Part shown: positions 18,287-27,207 of the stretch, piece after piece
Position numbering within the stretch: the stretch's first letter is position 1
How the letters are laid out: the number at the start of each line of letters is the position of its first letter
Assembly (NCBI GenBank): GCA_015067305.1
Contig: SVMT01000007.1
Coordinates: 28,770-92,769 of the forward strand
DNA length: 64,000 nt
Direction of reading: 5' to 3'
Origin: Oscillospiraceae bacterium
GTDB lineage: Bacteria > Bacillota > Clostridia > Oscillospirales > UBA644
Notes under the pieces: model-generated
Database searches by the model: none
What the model was told of the DNA's origin: nothing
Seen by the model: the letters and a program-made list of their open reading frames with translations, nothing else
Made by a program: the position numbers and the translations under genes

Positions 18287-18910
18287 TCAGTTACCCTCTG
18301 TAAGATCCTGAACGGTGAAGTTTTCGGCAAGTTCAAATGAATAGAAATTCATTGTGGAGTCACCGTTGCCATTGGGAGAAAGCGCTGTAAGACCGAGACG
18401 GAGACTTTCGGAAGAGGAAAATCTGAAATGTCTGAGAAGATGTTTGTTAACGCCGTCGGGAGAATAGAAAAATGCAATATTTTCGCCCTTACGGATAACA
18501 TGCAGCCAAAGTGATGGCCAAGGATAGTCGGGACCTGCGGACTTATCGGAAAAACCGTCTTTTGTTACGCAGGAAGCCACAGCTTTAGTTCTGAAATTGG
18601 ACTTTTCAAAATTCAATGTAGCCCAGTTTTTCGCGTCAGCGTAAACCATTACTGCAGCAGCGTCTTCGGCGTAAATAAAATCGAGATCCATGTGAACTCT
18701 TGCGGCAAAATCGCCCTTTACGTCAACGTACATAAAAGCAGCGTTGTCGAGGTTCTTTTTGCCCTCCGGGTCGCAATACATACCTGTGTGAGCTTCGGGA
18801 ATAAGGCTGATGCCGTCATCCGCAGTTTCAATGAGAGAGAAATCGTCTTCCTCCGCCATATTGCAAAAGTTAAAATTACTTCTTTTGAATCCTTTGAGTA
18901 AATTTTTCAT
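18287..18910 (-). CDS. DUF1349-like (concanavalin A-like lectin/glucanase fold) protein
   Basis: pattern GDF..R....F....D.A..MV.....W..L.FE.......SCVT..G.SD....WL...R.G......YS.DG resembles DUF1349; GGAGG RBS 7 nt before the ATG. Confidence 0.55.
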   Translation of the reverse strand: MKNLLKGFKRSNFNFCNMAEEDDFSLIETADDGISLIPEAHTGMYCDPEGKKNLDNAAFMYVDVKGDFAARVHMDLDFIYAEDAAAVMVYADAKNWATLNFEKSNFRTKAVASCVTKDGFSDKSAGPDYPWPSLWLHVIRKGENIAFFYSPDGVNKHLLRHFRFSSSESLRLGLTALSPNGNGDSTMNFYSFELAENFTVQDLTEGN

Positions 18911-19036
18911 AATTAGTCCTCCGTTTCGTCGTTTATTCAGAGATATGATTATATGTGTTTTTGTAAAGTTTAAAGACCTTACCTTAAAATTCCGCTTGGT
19001 TATCGTGTTTTTCTCAAAACGTGAAATTTATGTTGC

Positions 19037-19288
19037 TGTGGAAAATTCAGTTTAAACAGTTGAAAAAGTCGCATAAAATCAAGGTTTTACACATTTTAAA
19101 CAGGTTTTTCCACAGAAATGAATATTCATACTTGTGGAAACTGTGGAAAACTCATTTGTGTTTATGCACAAAATATCGAAAAAGCTTGATTTATAAGGGT
19201 TTTAGTGGAAAATGTTTTCCACAGCGTTTCTTGGAAAAGTCTGCAAAACCCTGTAACCGTGCGGTTTTTCAAAAATGAATAATCCACA
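19037..19288. promoter_or_regulatory. cluster of nine DnaA boxes (six exact TTWTNCACA, three with one mismatch)
   Basis: 19037-45(-), 19085-93(+), 19106-14(+), 19133-41(-), 19142-50(-), 19162-70(+), 19204-12(-), 19215-23(+), 19280-88(+); non-coding DNA between glpK and the DUF1349 gene. Confidence 0.75.
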
Positions 19289-19294
19289 GTATTT

Positions 19295-19314
19295 TATGCA
19301 TAAATTTATGCATA
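19295..19314. repeat. 20-bp perfect AT-rich palindrome TATGCATAAATTTATGCATA next to the DnaA-box cluster
   Basis: read directly; self-complementary. Confidence 0.9.
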
Positions 19315-19345
19315 GTAAAGGTTTTTTACATTACTTTTTGTATTA

Positions 19346-20821
19346 TTATTTTGTAACCGTTCTTCCAATACCGTTATGCCAATCGGTAATGAGCTTTTCG
19401 CGGGCTTCTGTGCTGATCTCAGGTTTGAAAAGTCTTCCTGTTTTACGGAGATTCTTTATCTCTTCCTTACTGCTGAAGATTCCTGCGCCGAGACCTGCCA
19501 TGAAAGCAACACCCTGAGCAGTTGTTTCAATATTCAAAGGTCTGTTTACGGCAACCTTGAGGAGGTCTGCCTGAAGCTGCATAAGGAAATCACTTCTGGA
19601 AGCGCCACCGTCAACACGGAGTTCGGGAATTGGCATTTTCAGGTCGTCAGTCATCGCCTTGAGAACATCGTAGGACTGGAGTGCAATACTTTCAAGGGCA
19701 GCACGAATGATGTGACAGGGCTTTGTGCCTCGTGTGAGGCCTGAAATAGTTCCTCTTGCATACATATCCCAATAGGGAGCACCGAGGCCTGTGAATGCAG
19801 GGACGAAAACAACACCGTCGCTGTCTTTTGTGCTTTCAGCTATCCTGTCAGCCTCCTGAGCTGTTTTGATAAGACCCATTTCATCTCTAAGCCACTGGAG
19901 AACTGCGCCGCCAACGAAAACACTGCCTTCAAGAGCATATACGACCTCGTCGTCTGTACCCCAGGCAATAGTGGTAAGCATACCGTTTTTGGGGAATCTG
20001 GGCGTGTTACCTGTATTCATAACGAGGAAACAGCCTGTACCGTATGTATTTTTCGTATCACCGGGTTCAAAACAGCACTGACCGAAAAGAGCCGCATGCT
20101 GGTCGCCTGCAATACCCGTAACGGGAACTTCAGCACCGAAGACTTCAGCCTTTGTGTTTCCGAAATTATGCACAGAGGGATAAACCTGAGGGAGAAGACA
20201 TCCGGGGATATCGAAAAGTCTGAGAAGATAATCGTCCCAATCAAGTGTGTTGATATTGAAAAGCATGGTTCTTGCGGCATTTGTGTAATCAGTTGCATGA
20301 ACGCCTGTAAGACACCAGAGGATATATGTATCAACAGTACCGAAAAGGAGATCGCCGCGCTGCGCTTTTTCTCTCGCACCGGGAACATTGTCCAGGATCC
20401 ATTTGATCTTTGTGGCAGAGAAATAAGCGTCTGTTTTCAGACCTGTACGTTCAAATATTTCGTTTTCGTAACCGTCTTCTTTGATTTTGTCGCACATGGG
20501 AGCAGTTCTTCTGCACTGCCATACGATGGCATTGTAAACAGGTCTGCCAGTAGCTTTTTCCCACATAATAGTGGTCTCACGTTGGTTGGTAATACCGATG
20601 GCTGAAATATCCGAGGGCTGAAGTCCTGCCTTTGCGATAGCTTCTTTTGCAGTCTCAAGCTGGGAGCCTATGATATCGGAAGGATCATGTTCTACATAAC
20701 CCGGTTGGGGATATATCTGTCTGAACTCTCTTTGAGCCATTGCAACAGGTTGACCTTCGCTGTCAAAAACGATACTTCTGGAACTTGTGGTTCCCTGGTC
20801 AAGGGATAAAATGTACTTCAT
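19346..20821 (-). CDS. glpK: glycerol kinase
   Basis: MKYILSLDQGTTSSR...GITNQRETT..W..TG.P...AIVWQ..RT FGGY-family signature, full length. Confidence 0.97.
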   Translation of the reverse strand: MKYILSLDQGTTSSRSIVFDSEGQPVAMAQREFRQIYPQPGYVEHDPSDIIGSQLETAKEAIAKAGLQPSDISAIGITNQRETTIMWEKATGRPVYNAIVWQCRRTAPMCDKIKEDGYENEIFERTGLKTDAYFSATKIKWILDNVPGAREKAQRGDLLFGTVDTYILWCLTGVHATDYTNAARTMLFNINTLDWDDYLLRLFDIPGCLLPQVYPSVHNFGNTKAEVFGAEVPVTGIAGDQHAALFGQCCFEPGDTKNTYGTGCFLVMNTGNTPRFPKNGMLTTIAWGTDDEVVYALEGSVFVGGAVLQWLRDEMGLIKTAQEADRIAESTKDSDGVVFVPAFTGLGAPYWDMYARGTISGLTRGTKPCHIIRAALESIALQSYDVLKAMTDDLKMPIPELRVDGGASRSDFLMQLQADLLKVAVNRPLNIETTAQGVAFMAGLGAGIFSSKEEIKNLRKTGRLFKPEISTEAREKLITDWHNGIGRTVTK

Positions 20822-20854
20822 AATGGAGATGCCATCCTTTCGTGGTAAAATATA

Positions 20855-21769
20855 TTATTTTTTGGTTTTGTATTCGTTGTTTTTAAGGCGTTTGAGAACT
20901 CTTTTTTCGTGAATACTCTTCTCTCTGCCATAATGTTTTCTGTTGTCTTTTGCAGGACGCTGAACGCCTTTTTTGCGGACATATTCAAGTCCGACACTGC
21001 CAAGGAGCTGATCCTTTTCCTTTTCGGAAAGAGGTCTGTATTCACCGGGAGCAAGGTGACCGATGGAAAGTTCGCCGATAGCCACACGTTTGAGAAGCAT
21101 GACTTCAAGACCGACGGCTTCGCACATACGTCTGATCTGACGGTTTCTTCCTTCGGAAATGGTAATATGAAGAGCTGTCTTGACGATCTCAGGAGCATTA
21201 TCGTCAAAACCGTCTTTAGTCTCCTTGTAATCGTCAACATTACTGCCCTTTTCGTTTTTCATAGACTGAACGGAAACAATAGCAGGAAGAGTCATGCCGT
21301 CATCAAGTTCAACGCCGTTACGGAGCTGATTGAGTTTTGCCTCTTCGACATAGCCACGGACAGTTACACGATAAGTTTTATTCACATGATAACGGGGATG
21401 CGTGAGTCTCAGAGCAAGCTCTCCGTCATCTGTAAGAAGCAGGATTCCTTCACTGTCACGGTCAAGTCTGCCAACGGGGTAAACTCTGCCTTTGATATTC
21501 TTTATCATTTCGCCGACAACACTTCTGTCGTCCTGAGCTTTCATGGACGTGATAACGCCTCTGGGTTTGTAGAACATAAAGTACTGCTTTTCGCAAACTT
21601 TAAGATGAAGTCTTTTGCCTTCGCAAACTACTCTGTCATTTTCGGGATCAATATCCATACCGATAGTTGCAGGCTGATTGTTGACAATAACTTTGCCCTG
21701 TTCAACAAGAACTTCAGCGGCTCTTCGGGAGCAGTGACCGCAATCTGCAATAAATTTTTGTATTCTCAT
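20855..21769 (-). CDS. rluB: rRNA pseudouridine synthase, RluB/RsuA family, with a Lys-rich C-terminal tail
   Basis: S4 domain (MRIQKFIA..G..SRR.AE.L...G.V.VN) and catalytic GRLD..SEG motif. Confidence 0.85.
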   Translation of the reverse strand: MRIQKFIADCGHCSRRAAEVLVEQGKVIVNNQPATIGMDIDPENDRVVCEGKRLHLKVCEKQYFMFYKPRGVITSMKAQDDRSVVGEMIKNIKGRVYPVGRLDRDSEGILLLTDDGELALRLTHPRYHVNKTYRVTVRGYVEEAKLNQLRNGVELDDGMTLPAIVSVQSMKNEKGSNVDDYKETKDGFDDNAPEIVKTALHITISEGRNRQIRRMCEAVGLEVMLLKRVAIGELSIGHLAPGEYRPLSEKEKDQLLGSVGLEYVRKKGVQRPAKDNRKHYGREKSIHEKRVLKRLKNNEYKTKK

Positions 21770-21896
21770 GGGTACAAATTTCCTTATAAAAGTATTTTGC
21801 TTTAATTATAGCACATTTTTTCAAATTAAACAATAGTTTCTGAAAATAAAAATATGAACAAAATGTTTACTTATCGCAAAAACCTTATTTTATAGC

Positions 21897-21925
21897 TTGA
21901 CATAGAGCAATTATTTTGGTATAAT
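21897..21925 (+). promoter_or_regulatory. consensus promoter of Gfo/Idh/MocA paralog 1 (TTGACA-17-TATAAT, TG-extended)
   Basis: TTGACAtagagcaattattttggTATAAT. Confidence 0.7.
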
Positions 21926-21960
21926 CATGTAAAGTAATAAAAATTGGAGGTTTACAAACC

Positions 21961-23127
21961 ATGAATAAAGTAAGACTTGGCATTATCGGTCTCGGCAACA
22001 TGGGTTCCAGCCATATAAGAGATTATATGAACGGCGCTCATAAAAATATGGAGATCACCGCAATCTGCGATATTGATCCCGCCAGAATCGAAAATGCAAA
22101 AAAAGCACTTAAAAATGAAAATATCCCCGCATTCCTCTCTTCCGATGAGATCATCAAATCAGGTCTTGTAGATGCAGTGCTTATCGCTACACCTCACTAC
22201 GACCACCCCACTATCGCCATTGCGGCTTTCGAAGCAGGACTCCACGTTCTTTCCGAAAAACCCGCAGGCGTTTACACAAAGGCTGTACGTGAAGAAAACG
22301 AAGCCGCTGCAAGATCAGGCAAAGTATTCGGTATCATGTATAACCAGAGAACACGTCCCGCATGGCAGAAGCTCAGAGAAATGGTTCAGAGCGGCGAACT
22401 CGGCGAAATGAAACGCGCCGTATGGATCATCACAGAATGGTACAGAACTCAGACATATTACAACTCCGGCGGCTGGAGAGCTACTTGGGGCGGCGAAGGC
22501 GGCGGTGTTCTTCTGAACCAGTGTCCCCACAATATCGACCTCATGCAGTGGGTATGCGGCGTGCCCAAGAGAGTACGTGCATCTGCTTACTACGGCAAAT
22601 ACCACAATATCGAAGTTGAAGACGACGTAACAGCTTACTATGAATACGAAAACGGCGCTACAGGTCTTTTCATCACAACAACAGGTGAATGCCCCGGAAC
22701 AAACAGATTCGAATTTACAGGTGACAAGGGTAAAGTTATTCTCGAAGGCAATACTCTCACTCATGTAAAACTTGACGGTTCTGTTTCTGAATTCACAGCA
22801 AACTCTCCCGAAGGCTTCGGAAGACTTAAAGGCGAAACAACCGTTACAGATTACGGCAACGGCGGCGAACATGCTGAGATCCTCAACAACTTTGTTGACG
22901 CTATCCTCAACGGCACACCTCTTCTCGCTCCCGGCTGCGAAGGTATCAACGGTCTTTCCATTTCCAACGCAATGCATATGTCCTCCTGGACAAATGATTG
23001 GGTAGACCTTCCCATCGACGAAAACAAATTCTATGAAATGCTTCAGGAAAAAATCAAGACTTCCACATTTGTAAAGACAAACGTTGAAGCTAAGATCGCT
23101 GACGTTTCAGGCACATTCGGCAACTAA
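21961..23127 (+). CDS. Gfo/Idh/MocA-family NAD(P)-dependent oxidoreductase (paralog 1)
   Basis: N-terminal Rossmann G.IG.GNMG, EKP motif (LSEKPAG); about 70% identical by eye to the ORF at 23617..24786. Confidence 0.85.
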   Translation: MNKVRLGIIGLGNMGSSHIRDYMNGAHKNMEITAICDIDPARIENAKKALKNENIPAFLSSDEIIKSGLVDAVLIATPHYDHPTIAIAAFEAGLHVLSEKPAGVYTKAVREENEAAARSGKVFGIMYNQRTRPAWQKLREMVQSGELGEMKRAVWIITEWYRTQTYYNSGGWRATWGGEGGGVLLNQCPHNIDLMQWVCGVPKRVRASAYYGKYHNIEVEDDVTAYYEYENGATGLFITTTGECPGTNRFEFTGDKGKVILEGNTLTHVKLDGSVSEFTANSPEGFGRLKGETTVTDYGNGGEHAEILNNFVDAILNGTPLLAPGCEGINGLSISNAMHMSSWTNDWVDLPIDENKFYEMLQEKIKTSTFVKTNVEAKIADVSGTFGN

Positions 23128-23149
23128 GGCATTACAATTTAATATTTAT

Positions 23150-23223
23150 GAGGGGACCCTTCTTTTCGCGTGAAAAGAAGGGTCCCCTCAAACTCCCCTC
23201 CAAGAAAAGCGAGCTTGGGAGTT
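23150..23223 (+). repeat. intergenic double-hairpin repeat, type I (diverged copy)
   Basis: GAGGGGACCCTTCTTTTCGCGTGAAAAGAAGGGTCCCCTC-AAACTCCCCTCCAAGAAAAGCGAGCTTGGGAGTT. Confidence 0.8.
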
Positions 23224-23225
23224 GA

Positions 23226-23483
23226 TCAAATCCCTTTATCTGCAAGCAACGCCTGTTCGATACGTCCATAATGGCGTTCAACATCCCACAGCGACCTGCA
23301 ATCATCCGTGTAATCAATATCGGGGAAATATAACGTTTCGGGAAAATCACCCTGAACAAGGGGATCCAATATTTTTATCGGGTCATGGTCTCCCCTGATT
23401 GCGTTTGCATTTATGTAGCCGTCAAAAATAATAGACCTTAATCGGTTAAATATCGGTTTCATTTCTATTGCTATTGAATTCAT
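23226..23483 (-). CDS. hypothetical small protein (85 aa)
   Basis: ORF with GGAGG RBS 7 nt before ATG 23483 and a TG-extended -10 promoter shared with rluB; no recognisable motif. Confidence 0.4.
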   Translation of the reverse strand: MNSIAIEMKPIFNRLRSIIFDGYINANAIRGDHDPIKILDPLVQGDFPETLYFPDIDYTDDCRSLWDVERHYGRIEQALLADKGI

Positions 23484-23549
23484 CTTCAAGCCTCCGTTCT
23501 GTTGATGGATTTATTATAGCACATTTTTTCAAAATTGTAAAGCAAAAAA

Positions 23550-23578
23550 TTGACTTTGGAAGGGATTTGTGGTAAAAT
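23550..23578 (+). promoter_or_regulatory. promoter of Gfo/Idh/MocA paralog 2 (TTGACT-17-TAAAAT)
   Basis: TTGACTttggaagggatttgtggTAAAAT. Confidence 0.6.
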
Positions 23579-23616
23579 TCTATTGTGAACAATTATTTCT
23601 GAAAGGAAGTACATAT

Positions 23617-24786
23617 ATGGATAAAGTACGTTTAGGTCTTATCGGTATCGGAAACATGGGCGGAGATTACGTAAAAAAACACTGCCATGCAAACCCCGAA
23701 AAATTTGAATTGACCGCAATCTGCGATATAAAACAGGAAAGAATAGATGCAGCAAGAGAAATACTCGGTAAACCGGATTTTCCTGCATTCCTCAACTCAG
23801 ACGACCTGATAAATTCAGGGCTTGTTGACGCAGTTATTATTGCGACACCTCACTACGATCATCCCAAAATTGCGATAAAGGCCTTTGAAGCAGGACTTCA
23901 TGTTCTTTCCGAAAAGCCCATCGGCGTTTATACTAAAATAGTCCGTGAAGAAATGGAAGCGGCTGAAAGATCCGGAAAAGTTTTCGGTGTAATGTATAAC
24001 CAGAGAACTACCCCCTCATACAGAAAGCTGAGAGAAATGATCCAAAGCGGAGAACTTGGCGAAATGAAGCGTGCTGTCTGGTATGCGACAGGCTGGTACA
24101 GAACTCAGGCGTACTACGATTCAGGCGATTGGCGTGCCACATGGGCAGGCGAAGGCGGCGGTGTATTGCTGAACCAATGTCCGCATCACCTCGACCTTAT
24201 GCAGTGGCTCTGCGGTGTACCTAAAAGAGTTCACGCATCAGCTTACTACGGCAAATACCACGATATTGAAGTTGAAGACGATGTAACCGCATTTTTTGAA
24301 TATGAAAACGGCGCAACAGGACTTTTCATCACCACAACAGGCGAATGGCCCGGTGCCACAAGATTTGAATTTACGGGAACAAAGGGTACTGTAATTGCAG
24401 AAGCACACAAGCTTACCATAACGAGAGCAATTGACGACACTGATGTATTCCTCAAAGAATCTGACGGAGGTTTCGCAAAACCGAGACTTGCAGAACCTGA
24501 AGTAATTGAATTCCCCGGCGCAAAAGGACATCCCGAAGTCCTTGAAAACTTCGTAGATGCTATCCTTTACGGAACACCTCTGCTTTCACCGGGTAACGAA
24601 GGTATAAACGGCTTGACCGTTTCAAATGCGATACACCTCTCGTCTTGGACAAACGATTGGGTAGATGTTCCTTTTGACGAAGATAAATTCTACAACATGC
24701 TCCAGGAAAAGATCAAAAACTCCACCATTGTCAAAAAAGCCGCAACAGGCAAAGTAGAAGATCTTTCCAACACCTACGGAAACTAA
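23617..24786 (+). CDS. Gfo/Idh/MocA-family NAD(P)-dependent oxidoreductase (paralog 2)
   Basis: same motifs as paralog 1; start taken at MDKVRLGLIGIGNMGG (the ORF-track start at 23569 lies upstream of the predicted -10). Confidence 0.85.
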   Translation: MDKVRLGLIGIGNMGGDYVKKHCHANPEKFELTAICDIKQERIDAAREILGKPDFPAFLNSDDLINSGLVDAVIIATPHYDHPKIAIKAFEAGLHVLSEKPIGVYTKIVREEMEAAERSGKVFGVMYNQRTTPSYRKLREMIQSGELGEMKRAVWYATGWYRTQAYYDSGDWRATWAGEGGGVLLNQCPHHLDLMQWLCGVPKRVHASAYYGKYHDIEVEDDVTAFFEYENGATGLFITTTGEWPGATRFEFTGTKGTVIAEAHKLTITRAIDDTDVFLKESDGGFAKPRLAEPEVIEFPGAKGHPEVLENFVDAILYGTPLLSPGNEGINGLTVSNAIHLSSWTNDWVDVPFDEDKFYNMLQEKIKNSTIVKKAATGKVEDLSNTYGN

Positions 24787-24800
24787 ACAGTATAAAATAT

Positions 24801-24831
24801 ATGTGGTCAGCTCTGAATGAGCTGACCACAT
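24801..24831. terminator. bidirectional hairpin between Gfo paralog 2 and serA
   Basis: 13-bp perfect stem ATGTGGTCAGCTC-TGAAT-GAGCTGACCACAT. Confidence 0.7.
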
Positions 24832-24851
24832 AATTCATGATATTAAATTAC

Positions 24852-26033
24852 TTATCTTGTGGACACATTCATGATGCCGTCAACTGCCTGAAGTTTTGCA
24901 ACGATGGCAGTAGCATCGATCATATCTGTAAGGTCGATAATAGCGTAGGAGATATCACCTTTACTCTTACTCTGCATATGTTCAATGTTAAGACCAAGCT
25001 CGCCGCAAGCAGAAGCCATAACGCTGATCATATTGGGTACGTTCTTATGAAGCACGCAAAGTCTTGTGCCGCCGCTTCTTTCGCAAGAAACATTGGGGAA
25101 GTTTACGCTGTTAACCGTGTTTCCGTTTTCAATAAAGTCTGTAAGCTCTTTAACAGCCATTACAGCGCAGTTATCTTCAGATTCTTCTGTGGAAGCACCG
25201 AGGTGAGGAATCGCTATAACGCCTTCCATACCTGCTGTGCGAGCGTTGGGGAAGTCTGTAACGTAACGTCTTACCTTACCGGATTTGAGAGCTTCTTCCA
25301 TATCGTCATCGTTAACAAGAGCATCACGGGCGAAGTTGAGAACGATAACACCGTCTTTCATAAGAGCGATAGTATCTTTATTGATCATGTGCTTTGTTCT
25401 TACTTTGGGATCTTCGTTGTCGATAAGAGGTGTATGTACAGAGATGAAATCTGCCTGAGCAAAAATCTGTTCTCTGGAGTCCACTTTAGTAACAGCGCTG
25501 TTGATTTTGAGAGCCGCATCAACGGACATATAGGGGTCGCAACCGATAACTTTCATACCGAGAGCAACCGCAGCGTTTGCAAGAGGTCCGCCGATAGCAC
25601 CGAGACCGATGATACCAAGAGTTTTGCCTGCAACTTCTGTACCTGCGAATTTGGATTTTTCCTTTTCAACAAGCTTTGCAATGCCTTCTTCATCTTTGTT
25701 TGCTTTAACCCAATTTACACCGCCGACAACGTCACGGCAAGCGAGAAGCATACCGCAAACTGCGAGTTCCTTAACACCGTTAGCGTTAGCACCGGGAGTA
25801 TTGAAAACTGCGATGCCTGCTTCTGTGCATCTGTCAAGGGGAATATTGTTTACGCCTGCGCCTGCACGAGCAATACCCTTGAGTTCGGGATTAAATTCAT
25901 AGTCGTGCATAGCTGCGGAACGGACAAGAATACCGTCAGCAGCTTCTTCGTTATCGCCGCAAGTATATTTTGTAAGATCAAGGTTTGCGAGACCTACTTT
26001 GGAGATCTTATTGAGAGTTTTGATTTTATACAT
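24852..26033 (-). CDS. serA: D-3-phosphoglycerate dehydrogenase with C-terminal ACT domain
   Basis: D-isomer 2-hydroxyacid dehydrogenase motifs (GIIGLGAIG, HTPL) plus ACT-like tail; downstream of serC; start at MYKIKTL. Confidence 0.9.
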   Translation of the reverse strand: MYKIKTLNKISKVGLANLDLTKYTCGDNEEAADGILVRSAAMHDYEFNPELKGIARAGAGVNNIPLDRCTEAGIAVFNTPGANANGVKELAVCGMLLACRDVVGGVNWVKANKDEEGIAKLVEKEKSKFAGTEVAGKTLGIIGLGAIGGPLANAAVALGMKVIGCDPYMSVDAALKINSAVTKVDSREQIFAQADFISVHTPLIDNEDPKVRTKHMINKDTIALMKDGVIVLNFARDALVNDDDMEEALKSGKVRRYVTDFPNARTAGMEGVIAIPHLGASTEESEDNCAVMAVKELTDFIENGNTVNSVNFPNVSCERSGGTRLCVLHKNVPNMISVMASACGELGLNIEHMQSKSKGDISYAIIDLTDMIDATAIVAKLQAVDGIMNVSTR

Positions 26034-26046
26034 TGTCTTCAAGTCC

Positions 26047-27129
26047 TTACTTATTGTTCTTTTCAAATTCAGCCATGAATTCAACAAGCTTTTCTACGCC
26101 TTCAACAGGCATAGCGTTGTAAATGCTTGCTCTCATACCGCCAACGGAACGGTGACCTTTAAGGTTAACGAAACCTGCGGCTGTAGCTTCTTTAACAAAT
26201 TTAGCGTCGAGTTCATCGTTACCTGTAACGAAGGGAATGTTCATGATAGAACGGTCGTCGGGATTGGAGACTGTAGCGCTGAACATTTCGGAATTGTCAA
26301 GGAAGTTATAGATCATTTCAGCTTTCTTGTTGTTGATCTCTGCCATCTTTTCAAGACCGCCGATGCTCTTTACCCATTCAAGCACCAATTTGCATACGTA
26401 AATAGCGTATGTGGGAGGTGTGTTGTACATGGAACCATTATCGGCATGGATCTGATACTTAAACATTACGGGAGTAATATCCATAGCTTCGGTGATAAGA
26501 TCTTCGCGGATAATAACAACTGTCAGACCTGCAGGGCCCATGTTTTTCTGTGCGCCTGCAAAAATGATGCCGTATTTAGAAACATCTACAGGTTCACTGA
26601 GAATGCATGAAGAAAGGTCTGCAACCAGGGGAACATCGCCTGTATCGGGAAGATTCTTAATTCTTGTACCGTAAATGGTGTTGTTCTGGCAGATATAGAA
26701 ATAGTCTGCATCGGGGTTGAATTTGGAGCTGTCAAGCTCGGGAATGTAGTTGTAAGTCTTGTCTTTGGAAGATGCTACGACATTGACTTCACCGTAACGG
26801 GAAGCTTCGTCGCAAGCCTTTTTAGCCCACATACCTGTGAGAACAAGGTCGATCTTCTTTTTCTTCATCAGGTTGAGGGGAATCATCGAAAACTGGGAAG
26901 ATGCTCCTCCCTGAAGAAATAATACTTTGTAGTTTTCCGGAATGTTCATAATTTCACGGAGCAGGGCTTCAGCTTCATTGATAATGCTCTCATAAACTTT
27001 AGATCGATGGCTCATCTCCATAACGGACATGCCGCTCTCCCCATAGCAAAGCATTTCACTCTGCGCTTTTTCCAAAACTGCCTCAGGCAATACTGAGGGA
27101 CCTGCTGAAAAGTTATAAACTCTTTTCAT
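26047..27129 (-). CDS. serC: 3-phosphoserine aminotransferase
   Basis: MKRVYNFSAGPS.LPE.VL, class V aminotransferase layout, 360 aa. Confidence 0.95.
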   Translation of the reverse strand: MKRVYNFSAGPSVLPEAVLEKAQSEMLCYGESGMSVMEMSHRSKVYESIINEAEALLREIMNIPENYKVLFLQGGASSQFSMIPLNLMKKKKIDLVLTGMWAKKACDEASRYGEVNVVASSKDKTYNYIPELDSSKFNPDADYFYICQNNTIYGTRIKNLPDTGDVPLVADLSSCILSEPVDVSKYGIIFAGAQKNMGPAGLTVVIIREDLITEAMDITPVMFKYQIHADNGSMYNTPPTYAIYVCKLVLEWVKSIGGLEKMAEINNKKAEMIYNFLDNSEMFSATVSNPDDRSIMNIPFVTGNDELDAKFVKEATAAGFVNLKGHRSVGGMRASIYNAMPVEGVEKLVEFMAEFEKNNK

Positions 27130-27207
27130 GAGAAATATCCTCCTGTTTTAATAATAAAAATATAAATAGTTTAAACCGCTAAACGGAAAAATTTAACGAT
27201 TTAAACT

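Noticed and set aside
19037-19314. Calling the DnaA-box cluster the chromosomal oriC outright
   Set aside because: There is no dnaA, dnaN or rpmH nearby. The flanking genes do not diverge from this point (both neighbours are on the minus strand). I cannot compute GC skew reliably by eye. It is kept as a finding with alternative explanations, not as an origin call.
19252-19359. Additional single copies of TGTAACCG (19252-59 and 19352-59) as further regulator sites
   Set aside because: These are single 8-mers, one of them inside the glpK coding end. About two occurrences are expected by chance in 64 kb on two strands. They show neither tandem phasing nor proximity to a -10.
19021-19517. 85-aa and 80-aa plus-strand ORFs covering the DnaA-box region
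   Set aside because: Their sequences are driven by the repeated TGTGGAAAA/TTTTCCACA boxes (giving WKL, WKT and FHR repeats). They have no RBS, and the second one runs antisense into glpK.
24837-26078. 413-aa plus-strand ORF. Similar long antisense ORFs occur at 20909-21805, 15474-16178, 16790-17629, 52827-53699, 60299-61297, 11895-12467, 12645-13214 and 322-990.
   Set aside because: All are in-register antisense shadows of well-supported genes (serA, rluB, glnS, gltX, the adhesin gene, the DUF4091 gene and others). Their translations are Cys/Phe/Val-rich nonsense and they lack RBSs.
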